Source: an uncultured Gammaproteobacteria bacterium (GTDB lineage Bacteria > Patescibacteriota > Patescibacteriia > CAIXNZ01). Taken from it: a stretch of 64,000 nucleotides of DNA. Below are positions 36,403-50,200 of this stretch, one piece after another. The first letter of the stretch is position 1. Each line of letters begins with the position of its first letter. A program made the position numbers and the translations under genes. Location of the stretch: contig CAZPVP010000001.1 in assembly GCA_964590345.1 (NCBI GenBank), positions 131,954-195,953 of the forward strand, given 5' to 3'. The notes beneath the pieces are model-generated. The model worked only from the letters and a program-made list of their open reading frames with translations. It had not been told where the DNA came from and ran no database searches.

Positions 36403-39400
36403 TTATTCTTCTTCTTTACAATTACAATAAGAATATTCTGAGTTAAAAGGCGCGTATTGGCCAGTGTCAGGATCATAACAATTTCTTTCGCGGTTAACAA
36501 ATTCGTAATCGCAGCCAATATTACCGCGTTTTTCGCAATAATTGCCCTGCGAATCAATATTCATTAAATATCTATTGCCAGCAAAATTAACGTCGTCTTT
36601 TTCTGTAATGTTTAAACCTACTGATTCACAAGCTAAGCCTTTTTCTGCCTGACAAATGTCTTCACAGCTTTTATCATACCCTGAATTAAAGTAACAATCA
36701 TCTTTCTTAAATGTACAGCTGATCTGATCACAATGCAAAAATCCTCCGTCATAACCAAATTCAGTGCATTGGCGGGCTATTTCTTGCTCTAATAAATTAC
36801 CTTCCATATCAACGTAAAACTCACAGCTTTCACCTTCTTCTATAACTCCATTGCCACAAGCTGTGTCTTTTAAACAACGAACTTTAAATTTAGCAGAAGA
36901 AGTCGGATATTCTTCAATGCTGCCGTATTTAAAATTAACAGCTAAAGCTTTGGTGCAGTTATCCTCATCATCTTTTGCCACGCAAGTATTTGACCAATAA
37001 AGGTAATTATCATCCGGGCAATCACTGCATAAATCTGCTTCATTTTCATCATAAGTGCAATTAGCCGGGCATAATCGTAATTTTTCTTTATCTGCATAAA
37101 GCAGGCCTTGCCCTGTCTGCCTGACCAAGCTGTATAATTCTGAAATCGTTGGCATTCTGGTCGCGCCAATACAAGCATTTTCAAGAGCGTTTTGATAATC
37201 CCATTGTGGACGAGAAATATTGTCTGTTGAAGACCAATTAATGCCCGTGCATAAATCTGCAAGATAATAGGTTTCCTGCTCGGTTATAATGGTTACCAAA
37301 TCAGGACATTCACTAATATTTACATCATAAGTAAGACAATCAGTATCAGTAGGATCACAAGCCTCAATCGGAGAAGGTGGGGGTAAAGTATATAATGGTT
37401 CTTTGGTTTTTTCTTTTGAATGATATTTTAAATAAGTTGATATTTCTGGCTGGCATCTGGTTGTTGTTAAATCACAATAATAACTCAAAATGCAGTCACT
37501 ATTGGAACTGCAGCCCATACTGCCTCTAGTGCCCAGGCAACGTCTTGGACCGGCATCACCAAAATTCCTAATCGTACAAGATAAATTAGTATCACAAGTT
37601 AAGCAATTGCTGTTTGTTTCTGGGTCACAAGAGGAAACTGAGGAAGAATCATGGTTGCACTCACCGCCCATTTTTATATGCTGGCAATCAAAAGCACATA
37701 AAGGATCGTCGCCCCAATCGCAAATTTCATAAAGACCTTCTGAATTAGGCCTTTGCACAATGCCATCACCGCAAAAAGTTGCTTGACAAACATCATTGCA
37801 ATTAAAGCTTTGGCAAGTATTATTAGCGCAAAAGCCACCAGCGCCGCAATCAGCATCAGTTGTGCAGCTAAAACCAACCCGGTCATCGCAGTTTTCACCA
37901 AAACCCTCCTGAATTATGCCATCACCGCAATAACCGCCGCGGTACTGGCAAATTTTACCCGTAACCGGATCATTGCCACATTTATACTGCGGCCGGACAC
38001 CATTAACTAAGCTGGTTGTTTCTTCTGGGAACGGCGGTGAATAATTTTTAATATCACATTGTTCGCCAAAATTCGATTGCACAATGCCATCACCGCACCA
38101 GCCGCCATAAGTTTGACAATCGCCTACATCTAACTCTGGTGAAAAAAGCGAAACAGAATAAATAATCGGGTTAATGTCCAAGTCCTGATCTTCATCCAAA
38201 TCAACATTGGAAAAATTATCAAGATAGTCTGGTAAATTTAAATCGGAAAACAGCAGCCAAAAATGATCGCCAACAAAATGCAAATAAATAGTATGCTGGC
38301 CAGCTGTCAAGCCGCCAACTGAAATACTGCCTGATTGAATTTGATTTTCATTGTTAGCTGGCACAACTATAGAGCCTATTTTATTTTCTTCATCATCATC
38401 ATCTAAATATACGCTAAAAATTAAACTGCGCAACAAATTGTTTCTTTGCCCGTCATCAGCAGCAATATCGCCATATTCCGGAATAGAAAGCCCGCCTTCA
38501 GGTGTTAAATTATATAAATTTTCAGTGCCCTCATTTTTCAAAAAGAATAAATAGTCAATTTGCTCATCAGTTAAATTATTTATCTTATCGCCAGAATTAG
38601 CTGTTTGTAATTTAAAGGTGTAATTACCAGCTTCTTCAATATTAAATTCATAACTGACCTTAAACCCGCCCAAGGAAGTTATTGCACTGTCGCTTAAACT
38701 GACACGTTCCGAATCAAGCGGAGGTGAGCAGGAAAAAAAATCTTCTTTATCATGATCATCGGCAAAATTAGTGCATTCAGATCCTGTCTTGTCTAAAATT
38801 TCCCCGGTTTCGCCAATGGCACTTACCCCTGAACACATATATTGCAAACTCTGGATGATTCCGCCCGGACCTCCTTGCTCTGGCCTTTTTAAAGGCGCTG
38901 GTGAAAAACCCAAATCACATTGTTCGCCATACAAAGCTTGCTGAATTTTATCACCGCAATAACCGCCGCAATCAATATCATCAACTTGTGGCGTATATGA
39001 TTGAGGCATATAACCAATCAAGCCAAATTCCTGCCATTCGCATTCCGGGCTGCAGCTTCCGCTGATATTTTCCTCATTATGCCAATCCTGCTCACCATAC
39101 TGCTGATCGCACCAGGATTCATCAGCAGCTAACGGTCGGTTCGGATCACAAGCTTCTCCACAACGCTCCTGCACAAAACCGTCGCCGCATGAACTGGTCC
39201 ATTTGCCTAAATAACAATAAACATTCTTATGTTCTGGAAATTCGCATTCTTCATCCTCTATTACGCCATTATTATTATTGTCAAAACAACCAGCCAAGCA
39301 AGTCCCCGGCTGATAGCATCTATTAGCAAAAAAGCATTGGCCCGGGGAACAGATTTCTTCTTCGGCATATTCCAAACGATAATTTAACAAATAACCATCG

Positions 39401-41217
39401 CCGCTTTTGCCGTCATCATCAAGGTCAAGCGCTGTATATTGATAAACATAAGCCCCGTCATACTCGCATTCAGTGCCGCCCAAATTAAATGAACCGTTTA
39501 ATCTAAGATTTTCATCACAATCCGAATGAGTGCCATAAGCAAAACTGGCATTAATCTCATCCCAGCAAGTCTCTTCATCATAACCGGGCGGACAAATGCT
39601 GCAATATTGGTCATCAACGCATTGCTGGTCAGCCGGGCAGCCAGTTAAAGGATTACCAGCTTCATCGCGTGAACAAATATTTTGGCAATCTGCCTGCTCA
39701 ATAGAATCCTGGCAGTCATAAGGCCCTCTATTTTCAGTTGACATAATATTTAAAGGATCAACTGGCAAAGCTGCTCCCAGCTGATTGCCCAAAGCAGCCT
39801 GCCATGACGGCCAAATGGAAATTGAATGTCCGCTAACAAAAGTGCCGGCCTCTAAAGTCGGATATTGGCCGTTTCTATTGTAATAAGTTCTAAGCAGGTC
39901 TTTTATATCATTCAAATCAGATAATCTAATCGTATCTCTACGCAATTGTTCTTTAATCTTTTCCACCCCTAAAACACCTACTTTTTCAATCAAATTAACA
40001 TTAAAATTCCAATTTTCTAACATTTGATTGAAAATATCAACTGTTGGTGTTGCTGCGGCTTGATTATAGGCTATAACATAAATATTAGTGAAAAAAAACT
40101 TTCGCAAACCGCATTCAGCTTCTTCAGCACAATCCGCATCCTCGCCGCACTCTTTGCCGTCATCAGGCCCGCTCAGACAAACATTTCTTTCAACCAAATT
40201 AGCTGCATTAATATAAATAGTTCGGTCATCCCTGACAGCGTCATAACCGTCAATTGTTATCCGTTCAACAGCTGGCGAAGGATTAACCACGTTTTCATTG
40301 TACCAAGTTAAGGGATCTTTGTTTTTTAAATTTTGATAAATCCTAACGCCAATAATATCATCAGCCGGCACAATACCGTCAATTGAGACTGAATGGACTA
40401 CCGGATTAGTATCTAAAATTTGATCATTATTTAAATCAGCATTAGTAAAATTATTTAAATATTCCGGCAGTGGATCCTGCCGATCGCTAAAATCCCACCA
40501 ATAATCGCTCAAAAAATGGAGATGAATTGTATGATTGCCAGGGCTTAAATTGTCAATTAAAATTTCTCCTTCTTTAACCTCGCTGGGATCTGTATTTTTT
40601 ACTATAATAAAACCTTTTTTGTTTTCAGCTTCTTCGCCGTCAACATAAACACTAAAAACAAAACTTCTAACCAAATTATAAATTTGCATTTCTGATGTGC
40701 CCAGCGCAGTCAAGTCATCTTTTGAAATTCCTTCACCAATATAAGCTAAAATCGCATCAAGATCTTCTACTTTCTTATCATCAAGAATAAAATCAATTTG
40801 CTGGACTGTTAAATTTTCAAAATTATCCTGATCATTGGATACTCTGATTTTAAAAGCATAATCATCCTGCTCTGTAACATTAAAATTATAACGCAATTTA
40901 GCTGGCTTTGAAGCCAAAACCCCTGCGCCGTCCACCCATTCTTTAATTTCACCTTCATCATCAAAAGGCGGCAAGTCAGGGCAAGCAAGATAACCTTGCT
41001 CATCATCATAATAAAGCTTGTAACCTTCGCATTCTGTGCCTCTTTTTTGCAAAGGCGTGCCTTCTTTTTCATAAGAGCTAATCGGAAAAAAATATTCTTT
41101 TAACAAAACATCTTCACCCAAAACGTCTACTTGGCCAAAAGCAAAAAAGGGCAGAATTAAAAAGATTACAAAAGCGATAATGAATAATGAATATTTATTT
41201 TTATTTATCTTTGTCAT
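36403..41217 (-). CDS. Giant secreted protein (1604 aa) with Myxococcus-type cysteine-rich repeats and a C-terminal DUF1566-like region
   Basis: Signal peptide (LFIIAFVIFLILPFFAFGQ). Repeated CGDG[IV]xQ..GE.CD units: GWCGDGIVQSNFGEQCD, GGYCGDGIIQEGFGENCDD, TFCGDGIVQRPNSEGLYEICD, SCGDGFVQERCGEACD, ACGNGVIEEGESCE. Near the C-terminus, CTGINWSST...WDYQNALENACIGATRMPTISELYSLV is DUF1566-like. Two internally duplicated ~250-aa modules (...GNHTIHLHF.../...GQHTIYLHF...). Confidence 0.75.
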   Translation of the reverse strand: MTKINKNKYSLFIIAFVIFLILPFFAFGQVDVLGEDVLLKEYFFPISSYEKEGTPLQKRGTECEGYKLYYDDEQGYLACPDLPPFDDEGEIKEWVDGAGVLASKPAKLRYNFNVTEQDDYAFKIRVSNDQDNFENLTVQQIDFILDDKKVEDLDAILAYIGEGISKDDLTALGTSEMQIYNLVRSFVFSVYVDGEEAENKKGFIIVKNTDPSEVKEGEILIDNLSPGNHTIHLHFLSDYWWDFSDRQDPLPEYLNNFTNADLNNDQILDTNPVVHSVSIDGIVPADDIIGVRIYQNLKNKDPLTWYNENVVNPSPAVERITIDGYDAVRDDRTIYINAANLVERNVCLSGPDDGKECGEDADCAEEAECGLRKFFFTNIYVIAYNQAAATPTVDIFNQMLENWNFNVNLIEKVGVLGVEKIKEQLRRDTIRLSDLNDIKDLLRTYYNRNGQYPTLEAGTFVSGHSISIWPSWQAALGNQLGAALPVDPLNIMSTENRGPYDCQDSIEQADCQNICSRDEAGNPLTGCPADQQCVDDQYCSICPPGYDEETCWDEINASFAYGTHSDCDENLRLNGSFNLGGTECEYDGAYVYQYTALDLDDDGKSGDGYLLNYRLEYAEEEICSPGQCFFANRCYQPGTCLAGCFDNNNNGVIEDEECEFPEHKNVYCYLGKWTSSCGDGFVQERCGEACDPNRPLAADESWCDQQYGEQDWHNEENISGSCSPECEWQEFGLIGYMPQSYTPQVDDIDCGGYCGDKIQQALYGEQCDLGFSPAPLKRPEQGGPGGIIQSLQYMCSGVSAIGETGEILDKTGSECTNFADDHDKEDFFSCSPPLDSERVSLSDSAITSLGGFKVSYEFNIEEAGNYTFKLQTANSGDKINNLTDEQIDYLFFLKNEGTENLYNLTPEGGLSIPEYGDIAADDGQRNNLLRSLIFSVYLDDDDEENKIGSIVVPANNENQIQSGSISVGGLTAGQHTIYLHFVGDHFWLLFSDLNLPDYLDNFSNVDLDEDQDLDINPIIYSVSLFSPELDVGDCQTYGGWCGDGIVQSNFGEQCDIKNYSPPFPEETTSLVNGVRPQYKCGNDPVTGKICQYRGGYCGDGIIQEGFGENCDDRVGFSCTTDADCGAGGFCANNTCQSFNCNDVCQATFCGDGIVQRPNSEGLYEICDWGDDPLCAFDCQHIKMGGECNHDSSSVSSCDPETNSNCLTCDTNLSCTIRNFGDAGPRRCLGTRGSMGCSSNSDCILSYYCDLTTTRCQPEISTYLKYHSKEKTKEPLYTLPPPSPIEACDPTDTDCLTYDVNISECPDLVTIITEQETYYLADLCTGINWSSTDNISRPQWDYQNALENACIGATRMPTISELYSLVRQTGQGLLYADKEKLRLCPANCTYDENEADLCSDCPDDNYLYWSNTCVAKDDEDNCTKALAVNFKYGSIEEYPTSSAKFKVRCLKDTACGNGVIEEGESCEFYVDMEGNLLEQEIARQCTEFGYDGGFLHCDQISCTFKKDDCYFNSGYDKSCEDICQAEKGLACESVGLNITEKDDVNFAGNRYLMNIDSQGNYCEKRGNIGCDYEFVNRERNCYDPDTGQYAPFNSEYSYCNCKEEE

Positions 41218-41255
41218 AAAAATATTTTATTATAAAAAATAAGTAGCAAATTTTA

Positions 41256-44200
41256 TTAAAATCTAATTGGTATTTCTATGCCATTCTTATATTGCCTTAA
41301 ATCATCAAAATTTGTATAACCGCCAAAATTATTATCATATATATATATTATACCAGCTACTGGCGTACATTGACACTCCTCGCCTGGCAAATCACCGCAA
41401 ATAGAGCCTTCTAAATCCTTACACGTGCCATAACCATTACAATCATTATCATCTGAACATTGCCTGCCAGTCATAAACTTTGCGGTATCAAATATTTCTT
41501 CTCTCATTGTAGTGCGATCTTCACCAGTCGCGCTATCAACAATTTGCCATTCTTTTTCAGGGTCATCTCTGATCGCCCAAACAACAGCATTAGCATTGTT
41601 TGAATCATCCACGCTATAACTATAACTAGCCTCTGGCCAAGGGTTATTACTGCCGCCAATTTTAAATCTAATTTCATTGCCTTCAATTAAAAAGGCCTGT
41701 GAATGCAAAACTCCAGTTGGCTTCGTATCTTGAATATCAGTAGTTTCTTCCCAGTAATTGCCCCTATATCTTTCATATGTGCCTATCCACCAATTGCCTT
41801 GAATTTGAGAAGAAATCCCGTCCCGTTGCGAAGTAATATCAGTATAAACTGGCTGAGAATCAAAAGCAGTGCCTGTTGCCTCAACCCAATTAAGCAAATT
41901 GCCATACTCAAAATCAGTATTCGTTAAATTACTCAAATTAGCTACATCTGGAAATAACCAACGGGCAGCCGGCAAATCACCAGCCGGGCCTGGCGGTCCG
42001 GCATCACGGCAATAATAAGTTTGGAAATTATAAGCATTGATTAGGCTGGAAATCGGGAATTTTTCTTGAATTGAAGGCCAAGGATTTTCGCAAAGCAAAA
42101 TATAAACATCAAAATTTTCCTGCGCAGGCGGCTCAAAGCTGCCTTTAGCCTGTGCTTCAATCGCTAACTGGGCAAAAGCCTCTTCTATTGGCTTTGCTGT
42201 GACAAAAGTTATGCCTGTATCATTTTGAACTTTATAATCATCTTCTGAACTGTCACCGCCGGTTAATTCTGGCTTATCATTATATATTTCTATTGCCCGT
42301 TGCGGATCTGTATCATCGGTTTTTGACCATTGATAATTAGCTTTTAAAGAAAAACCTTTTTTTGATTTGCCAATCGCATCGTATTCATGCTGATTGCCTT
42401 CTGTAGCAGGATCCTGGTCAAAATCTAAATCTAAGGCACAATCATCCCTGCCAGCACACATAAACAAATCATCATCTCTAAATTCAGCATTTCTATTATC
42501 CCAAATTGTGAAAGGCTTGCTATAAACAGAAACATCAATCCATTCAACATTGCAGATTCCGCTTTGAGGATCATCAGCTTCACCCAAAGTTTTGAAACCA
42601 AAAATATAATCTTCAGAATCAGCTAATGGATCTGGCCAGGGCGAATTGCTGTTATCTAATTGGCCGCCGGCTAAACTTTTTATACCTATTTCACCGCCTA
42701 TAATAGTTACCTGATAATATTGTTCAGAGTCTAAAAAATTATCAGTAAACAAAGAAACTATTGTTTTATCATAAGCATTTAAAGTTTCCAATTCATATTC
42801 TTCACTGCTAAATTCAGTGCATTCTTGAGCCAAGGCTTGCCTGTCATAACCGACCAATCTCTTGAAAATATTTTTAAAATATTGGACTGTTTTATAAACC
42901 AAACCTTTATTTTGCTGCCGGGCAAAAGTTGAATCGCTGCAAGAAGCAATCCTGATATGATTTTCCAAAGTGCTTTCATCAATTAAATCATCAAAATAAA
43001 TATCAACAATACCATTAGTGCAAAATTCCTCTTCGCCATGATTCGGCATTGTAGCCTGAACTTTAAATTGCGGCAGCTCTAATAAACTACAAGCAGAAGT
43101 ATCAAATTCACATTGTTCATTATGGCCAGGCGGATAACAACTTAATTCCCCTGGCTCAAGCTCCAAAGTTTCGCAAGTTTGATTATTTAATCCAACAACT
43201 GTACATTGCCACTCTTCACCGCAATCACAATCTTCCATATAATTTAATTCCGGATAATTACTGATTATATTGTTGCCGCATAAATCTAAAATCGAGCGGC
43301 AATCATTGCCAATGCAAAACATTAAATTGCAATCATCTGCGCAGTCAGCATAACATTGATCTATTTCTTCATCAGGTCTTTCAGAAAACAATTTTTGACA
43401 AATTTCTTCTAATTCGGAATCTTCTATTTCCGGCATTGTGCCGTCATCACACATTTCACCTAAACCACGGTCAATGATTTTGTCACCGCAAGCGCCAAAA
43501 CTAACATCAAAACGCAAAGCACTGCTTAAAATATCCTGGCCATTAATATCTTTAGAAACCTGTACTTGATTCCTGCCTGTACCAAAAGTCGTACCATAAC
43601 CAGCAGCATCTTCTGGCACCTTAAAACAAATATTTTCATTTGCCCATCCGTCATCAGCCGGACAAGCATTAAATTCTTGCTCATTAATATAATCAGTTAT
43701 TTTAAAGCTATAATCATCAGCTGATAAATCAGTATCATACAAGCCATTTTCATTAACATCAATAAAAAGTTCGCCAATCCCTTCCTTTTCATCATAATCA
43801 TATTGATTATTGCCTTCTGTTCCGTCCGGGTTTGAACTGCTGTCAAAATCATCTGAAGCAGGATCAGGATTTATTTCCGGATCATAGCCGTCTTCTTGCT
43901 CGCTTGGTAAGCCGTCAAGGCCGTAATCATACCAGGGCTCCCGTAATTCTGACAGTTCTGAATTTGGCCCAAATTTTATATAATCATTTGCTTGCAAATC
44001 AGCGAAATTCTCACCAATGGCTCTAACTGTTATGCCTTGATTGCCCAAATCAGGTGTTAAACGGCAAAGATTAGGAACTGAGACATCATCCACATCATAA
44101 TTAGCCGGATCCAAATGTTCAGTCGTATCTTCATATGGCGCGCCAAAAGCTGTAATTAACTTAATCGGCCCGTCAATTGCATCATTTAAATCATACCCTT

Positions 44201-47200
44201 CTGGCGGACAATCGCCTTCAGGGCAGTCCATATTTGGCTCAATATCCTGATTCGGCACTTCAACAATAACCTCGTCATAATCATCAGGATTACAGCGCCA
44301 GGTCTCACCGCAGTCTGGATTTTTTTCGCCCACATTTAAAGCTTCCTTAATATAACCAGTTGCTTGTTTGCCTGCCAAAACTTGTATTTCAACATCAGTC
44401 AATGCCCGGTCATAAATCCGCAATTCATCTATCTGGCCATAAAACCATGACTCCGGGGATTTTACTCCATCAGGCTTGCGTGCTTCTGAACCTACGCCAA
44501 TAAAACCAAAGCTTTGTGATCTTTCTTGGCCTGCGCCCAAACTTTTATCACCAGGGGTAGTTACTGCAGCTACTTGTTCGCCATCTACATAAATTCTTTT
44601 ATTGGGTGATGCATTAGTATTAAACCAGCCGCAAATATAATGCCAGTTTCCATCAGCATAATCGCTTTCTGTTGACAAATCACGTGTTTGATCTAAACTA
44701 TCTGTTGTATCCCAGCCAACATTTGCAGCTCCTGTAGGAACGGTGTCTTTCAAGGCCAATCGCCAAACTTCGCTCCTGTCAAAAGAAGCTATTATTTGAG
44801 CTTGTTGGCTGGAAGATTTCACCCGGGCGCAAACCGTAGTTTCTGGAAGCTCACTCTGGCCATAACTTATTGGCAAGGCAACATAATCGCCAGTGCCGTT
44901 TAAATTTAAAATACCTTGATCAATAGAAGCATCACCTTTTAATTCCCCGTGATATTCATTAGCTGAAGCATCGTTAGCTGTGTCATCATCAAATGAATAA
45001 TAAGCCTTATAATCCTGCAAGGAAGTCAAGTCTTCCATTTGTTCAGCTGTCTTGCCCCAGAAATAAACCTGGCCCGGATCACAGCCAAAATAACAGCCAT
45101 TCAATGCCACCCAAGTGCCGACAGCACCGCTATTTGGCGTAAATTCCATAATATATGGAGTACAACGGCCATTAATGCAACTGCTTGTGCCTTCACCGCA
45201 GGCATTACAATCCAAGTCAGTTTTGCACTGGTCTGCTGCGCCAGTTAAAGGGCAGGCTACATATTTAGAAATTCTATTTTTTTCTGCATCACGAACAAGC
45301 GATAATTCACCAGTCCAAAAGACTCTGTTTTCCCAGTCATAACCGCCGATTGCTTCATTTTCTTCGTTTGGTGAAAGATTGTTTTTGGACCAAGAAGTAA
45401 CATATTCTTCTGAATGCCAGTTAAGGGCGACCACGCCTATTGATGAATTATTATAATAATTAGAAATATAAATAATATTTTCATCAACTGCAATGCCCAA
45501 TGGGCCGGCTACGCCATTTGGCAAATCATCAACAGTAAAGCTTTTTACCAAGCGCCAATTATTTTTAGGATCATAAATTTTAACTTTATAGGTTTTTCCC
45601 CACCAAAATTTAATCTGTGCAACATTAAAGACATACTGGCCATTTGAATCAATTAATCCGCCATTTATCAGTGAGCCATTGCTTATATTGCGAGCTGCAT
45701 TAATTATCCCGCCCACAAAATTCAAAAACGGTGATGGCAATGAGGCTGATTGCTGTAAATAAAATTCATTAGTTTCATCATCAAAAATTATTTCCGGCAC
45801 CCACCAATTACCGCCTTCGGCATAAGTAAGCCCCGGATAAAATTTGCCGTCAGAATGATAAGTTATTGAAGGCAAATATATTACTTGCTCGCTGCTGTCA
45901 GGCTGGATCCTGTCACGCCAGACATATTCATTATATATCCTGCCCAATTCAGTGCCATTATAACCAGTGCCAATTTTATAAATAATATTACGGGGGTTAA
46001 CGCCAGAAATATTTGAATCATAAGATAGCCGCCAATTCCACCAAGTCGTATCTGTTCTGGCATATAAATATGTTCCGTCACTGGTTGAATTATAAGTATT
46101 AACATAAGATGCGATCTTGCCTGCCTGATCATGGGGCCTTATCGGGAACCCCGACAAGACTGCTTCTTTACGGCCGATTTTCCCGCTGCCAGTAACTTCA
46201 CAACCGCCAAAAACAGTAAAATTAACTGGATTACTAGGCACATCTTCATAAACAATGTCGTATTGGCCGCTTGGGCACCATGTACCGATACTAAAGCCAG
46301 CGCAAGCCCGGCCTGTTTCAATTCTTTTAGTCACTACCACTTCGCCGGTTTCAGCTCCGGCCGGCACATTGCCTGTAATAGTCTTATTATCCCAATAAGA
46401 AGTTGTGGCTATCGCCCTATCCGTAAAAATCAAATTGCTGTTTCCTTTTTCAACTTCAAACCTGTCGCCCTGAACAACAACTACTTCATCCGGCTCGCCA
46501 AATGTCGGCGTTATCTGACAAATTCCAGCGCCCAGCGGATCATCATTAACTTCATAATTGACTCGATTGCTTTCCAAGCCAGTCCCAGTTATTAAATAAA
46601 GATCGCCTGGCTCAGCGCCTTCTGGCACTTCCACAATGATTTGGGTATTAGTCCAATAATTATCACAAGGCGGCGGCGGAAACAAGGCTTCTTTATCATT
46701 ATAAAAGAAAACCTTACTTTCCCCTTTCACATACTCGCCAAAATTATAACCAGAAATAGTCACCCAAGTGCCGATTGGCCCGTTATCAGGTGAAATTTTC
46801 TCTATTACCGGCGGCAAATAAAAAGGCAAGGTATTGCTTTCAAGAGAATCTACTTGTTCAGTATTTTGTTCAGTATTGCCGGTTTCAAAATTTTCTACTG
46901 AATAAGTGCCTGAATCATATTCAAAATTGGAATTTATATCAGCATACTCGTCGCAGCCTTCGGTCTGGCCTTCTGCACAGGGAGTAAAAAAACCATCACC
47001 TGTTAAATCATTATATGGCTCTGAATAAGGATCAATGGATATTGAAACGTCTATTTCTGGATAACCAATATCACTAAACGGATTAATTGCTTCCACCAAT
47101 TTGTTGGTCCAGCCCCTAATATTCTCGTCTCCCAAAAAATCAGCGTCAAAAATAGTATAACTGCCTACGCCATATTCTTTGCCCTCATAAGTCGTTTTAT

Positions 47201-50200
47201 TGGAATCGCCGAAATTATCGCCATCCAAAGCAACTTCTGTCCCTTCCAAACCAAAATCAGGCTGCAAATCGCATAAGAAAGGATAAACATTTTCACTATA
47301 AATAAAAGTCCGATCACTTTTAGCTTTACCAAAAAGTGTTTGGACATAAACATATGAACCGTCTTTAGCGCCCAAGCGGCTCTGGATTTCTCCCTCGCTT
47401 AATGCCCGGTTATAAACAACTATTTCATCCAAAGCACCGGTAAATTCATTATCACAGCCGCCTAAGCATGAATCGCCATAAATATCCTGTTTATAATATC
47501 TGCCTGGTTCATCATATTCAGCTTGCTGGCCATTAAGGTAAATTTTCACTTTTTCACCGTCATAAACTCCGGCAAAATAATTCCATTGGTCAATATTTAT
47601 GCCATTTGAAGTTTCGGCATAAACAGATGAACCAGTTTTTTCTCCCTCATCAGCCACAAAAACACTAAAGAGCAAACTATCATCAACTATTCTCACTGAC
47701 AAATTATCGCCTTGCTCAAAGATCACATTGTCTTGAGTATCACTAACTTTAAACCAGCCCTCAATAGTTATGCCTTTATAAAAACGCAAAGCCGGATTAT
47801 CAGCAATGTTTATATGATTATCATTATTAAAACTAATTGCTTTGCCATAGCGCCCTTCGTCAATTCTAAAGCTCTTGCTTGGATCAGCAATTGAAACTCC
47901 CTGAAAATTATTAACTGATGAATCAATAATTTGTTCTCCTGTACCTTCAAAATTAAGCAATAAAGTTTGACCTGATTGCAAGCCATAATTATTACGGACT
48001 TCTCCTGCGCCTAAAACACGATCATAAATAGCAAATCCGTCCATTGTTCCTTTAAAATAATCTTTAATACCTTGGCTGTTTTTTGCACCAATTAAAACAT
48101 CAGTTTTGTTAATAACATCAGCTAAAAATCCTTGCTGACTTAAATTATTATTAGCTAAATTCCCTTCACTGGCTAAATATTGCAATTTAACGCCATTAAT
48201 ATAAATATTGTATTTTTCACCGTCAAAAGTATAGACAAGATGATTCCAGTTATTCCATTTGACTGGCGCGCCAATTGTTTTATTAAATTGACCATTAATA
48301 ACCAAATTCAAATCAGTGCCATTTTCAGTGCCACTTTCCAAATCTAACGAAAATAAATCATCTGAACCGTCAGAAGCGCTAAACAAAGTTTGTTGGCCTG
48401 CTTGCTCCGGCTTAAACCATAATTCAAGACTGCCCGTTTCCAAATCTAAAGTATTTGGCAATTTAACATAATCACTAACTCCATTAAACAACATAGCCTG
48501 GCCAAACTGATCACTAACTCTTTGAGGTGAGCCCATTATTTCGCCTTCATAATTGCCCAACTGATCTTCTAAAATAACTCCGCCAGTATCTTCAAAACTA
48601 TAAAATAAAATCATACCATTTCTATCCACTAATTCCGGCAAATTATAAGTGGCTTGTTGTTCTGCCTCCACTGGTTTGGCTTTGGGCGCTAAGACCTGAA
48701 TTATTTCATCTGTCCAAGGATCACCGCAGTCAACCAATTCAGCCGGCACTTCTTCAAAGGTAACCCCACCAGCCAAAGGCTCATCACCAAAATTCTTGCC
48801 GTAAATTGTCACATAAGCATTAATATCAGGATGAATCAGGCCATTGTTAGGGTAAATTCTATCAATTTCCGGCAGATTCAAATCAATTACCAATTCATTG
48901 TCTTCATCCTTTTCATTATCCGGTGAATCAGGAAAAACTTCAGCGCCAATATAAGTTAATCCCTGATCAATCGGTGTCGCTATTTGTTTATAATCAATCT
49001 TATTATTGCCCTCGCTTATTATATTGCCGGATTCATCACGAATACGCGGCCGAATATCTTGCTCTGATATAGTGGCAATGCCATAATCTTCCAATGTTTC
49101 TGAAGCTTCTTCTCTGGTACCATCACTATAAACTTTATACCACGTCCAGTCATAAGCATTACCATTCAAAATATTGCAATTTTCAGCCAAGGCAAAGGCA
49201 TTATATTCCTGATCTTCAGTAATTAATTCTATTAATGCTTCTTGGGGATTAACCACGACGTTATCAATTTCACAAGCTTCAGCTGAATTTCTGATTCTAA
49301 AATGCCAAGAATAATCTCCGCCTTCAATGCCGTCAAAATCACCATCCAGCCAATAATTACCCAGCTCTAACGCCGATTTAATGCCATCACGACCACTTTT
49401 TAAGGTCACTTTATACCAAGTATTAGGCTTTAAATAATTATCCGGATGTTCTGTCCTTGGCTCAAAAACAAAGCCAGTATCTTCATTAATTGTATCTATT
49501 GCTAAAGGTTCAAGCGGCCTTGGCGAACAAAGATTTTCCTCAAAAGCACCATCATCATTACATTTCTGAACAATAATAGTATTTTTATTTAAAGAAGCTA
49601 CATCCATCTTTTGGGTAAAACGGGCTGAAATCCAAATATTGGCACAATTATCAACTGAATTTTTCCAAGGTGTCGGGCTTTGTGTGTTCTCTTCACAAGG
49701 CAGCTCTTCAATAACTTGGGGTGGTTCTACGTCAATATCTAAACCTGTTGTAAAAGACCATTTATAAGTGCACATTGGCGCCACTTCCATTTCGCAGTCT
49801 TCTGGCAAACGGCAAACGCCATCTAATTCACAGCAAATTAAGCCCGTATTTTCTGTATCACAAATACTTGGATCATCACGGCAATCAATTACTTCAAATT
49901 GCATTTGATTGCTTACCAAACCATTTTGATCAATTAATTCAACTGGACCTGTTACTGCTCCTTCAGGAACAGTCATTGGCAATCCGCTCCTTACTTGGCC
50001 AGAACCAACTTGATTTTCAGTCCAATAATTTGATAAATCATCAGCAACTTCTTTGTCATCCCAAAAAAATACTTTGCTTTGCTCTGAATCATAATCATAA
50101 CTATCAAAATTTTCGCCGTAAAGCGTAATATCAGTAGTGCCAATTGGACCCTGATCAGGCTCAAGCAAACAAATGCCTGGCCTCAAAGGGCAAGTCTCGG

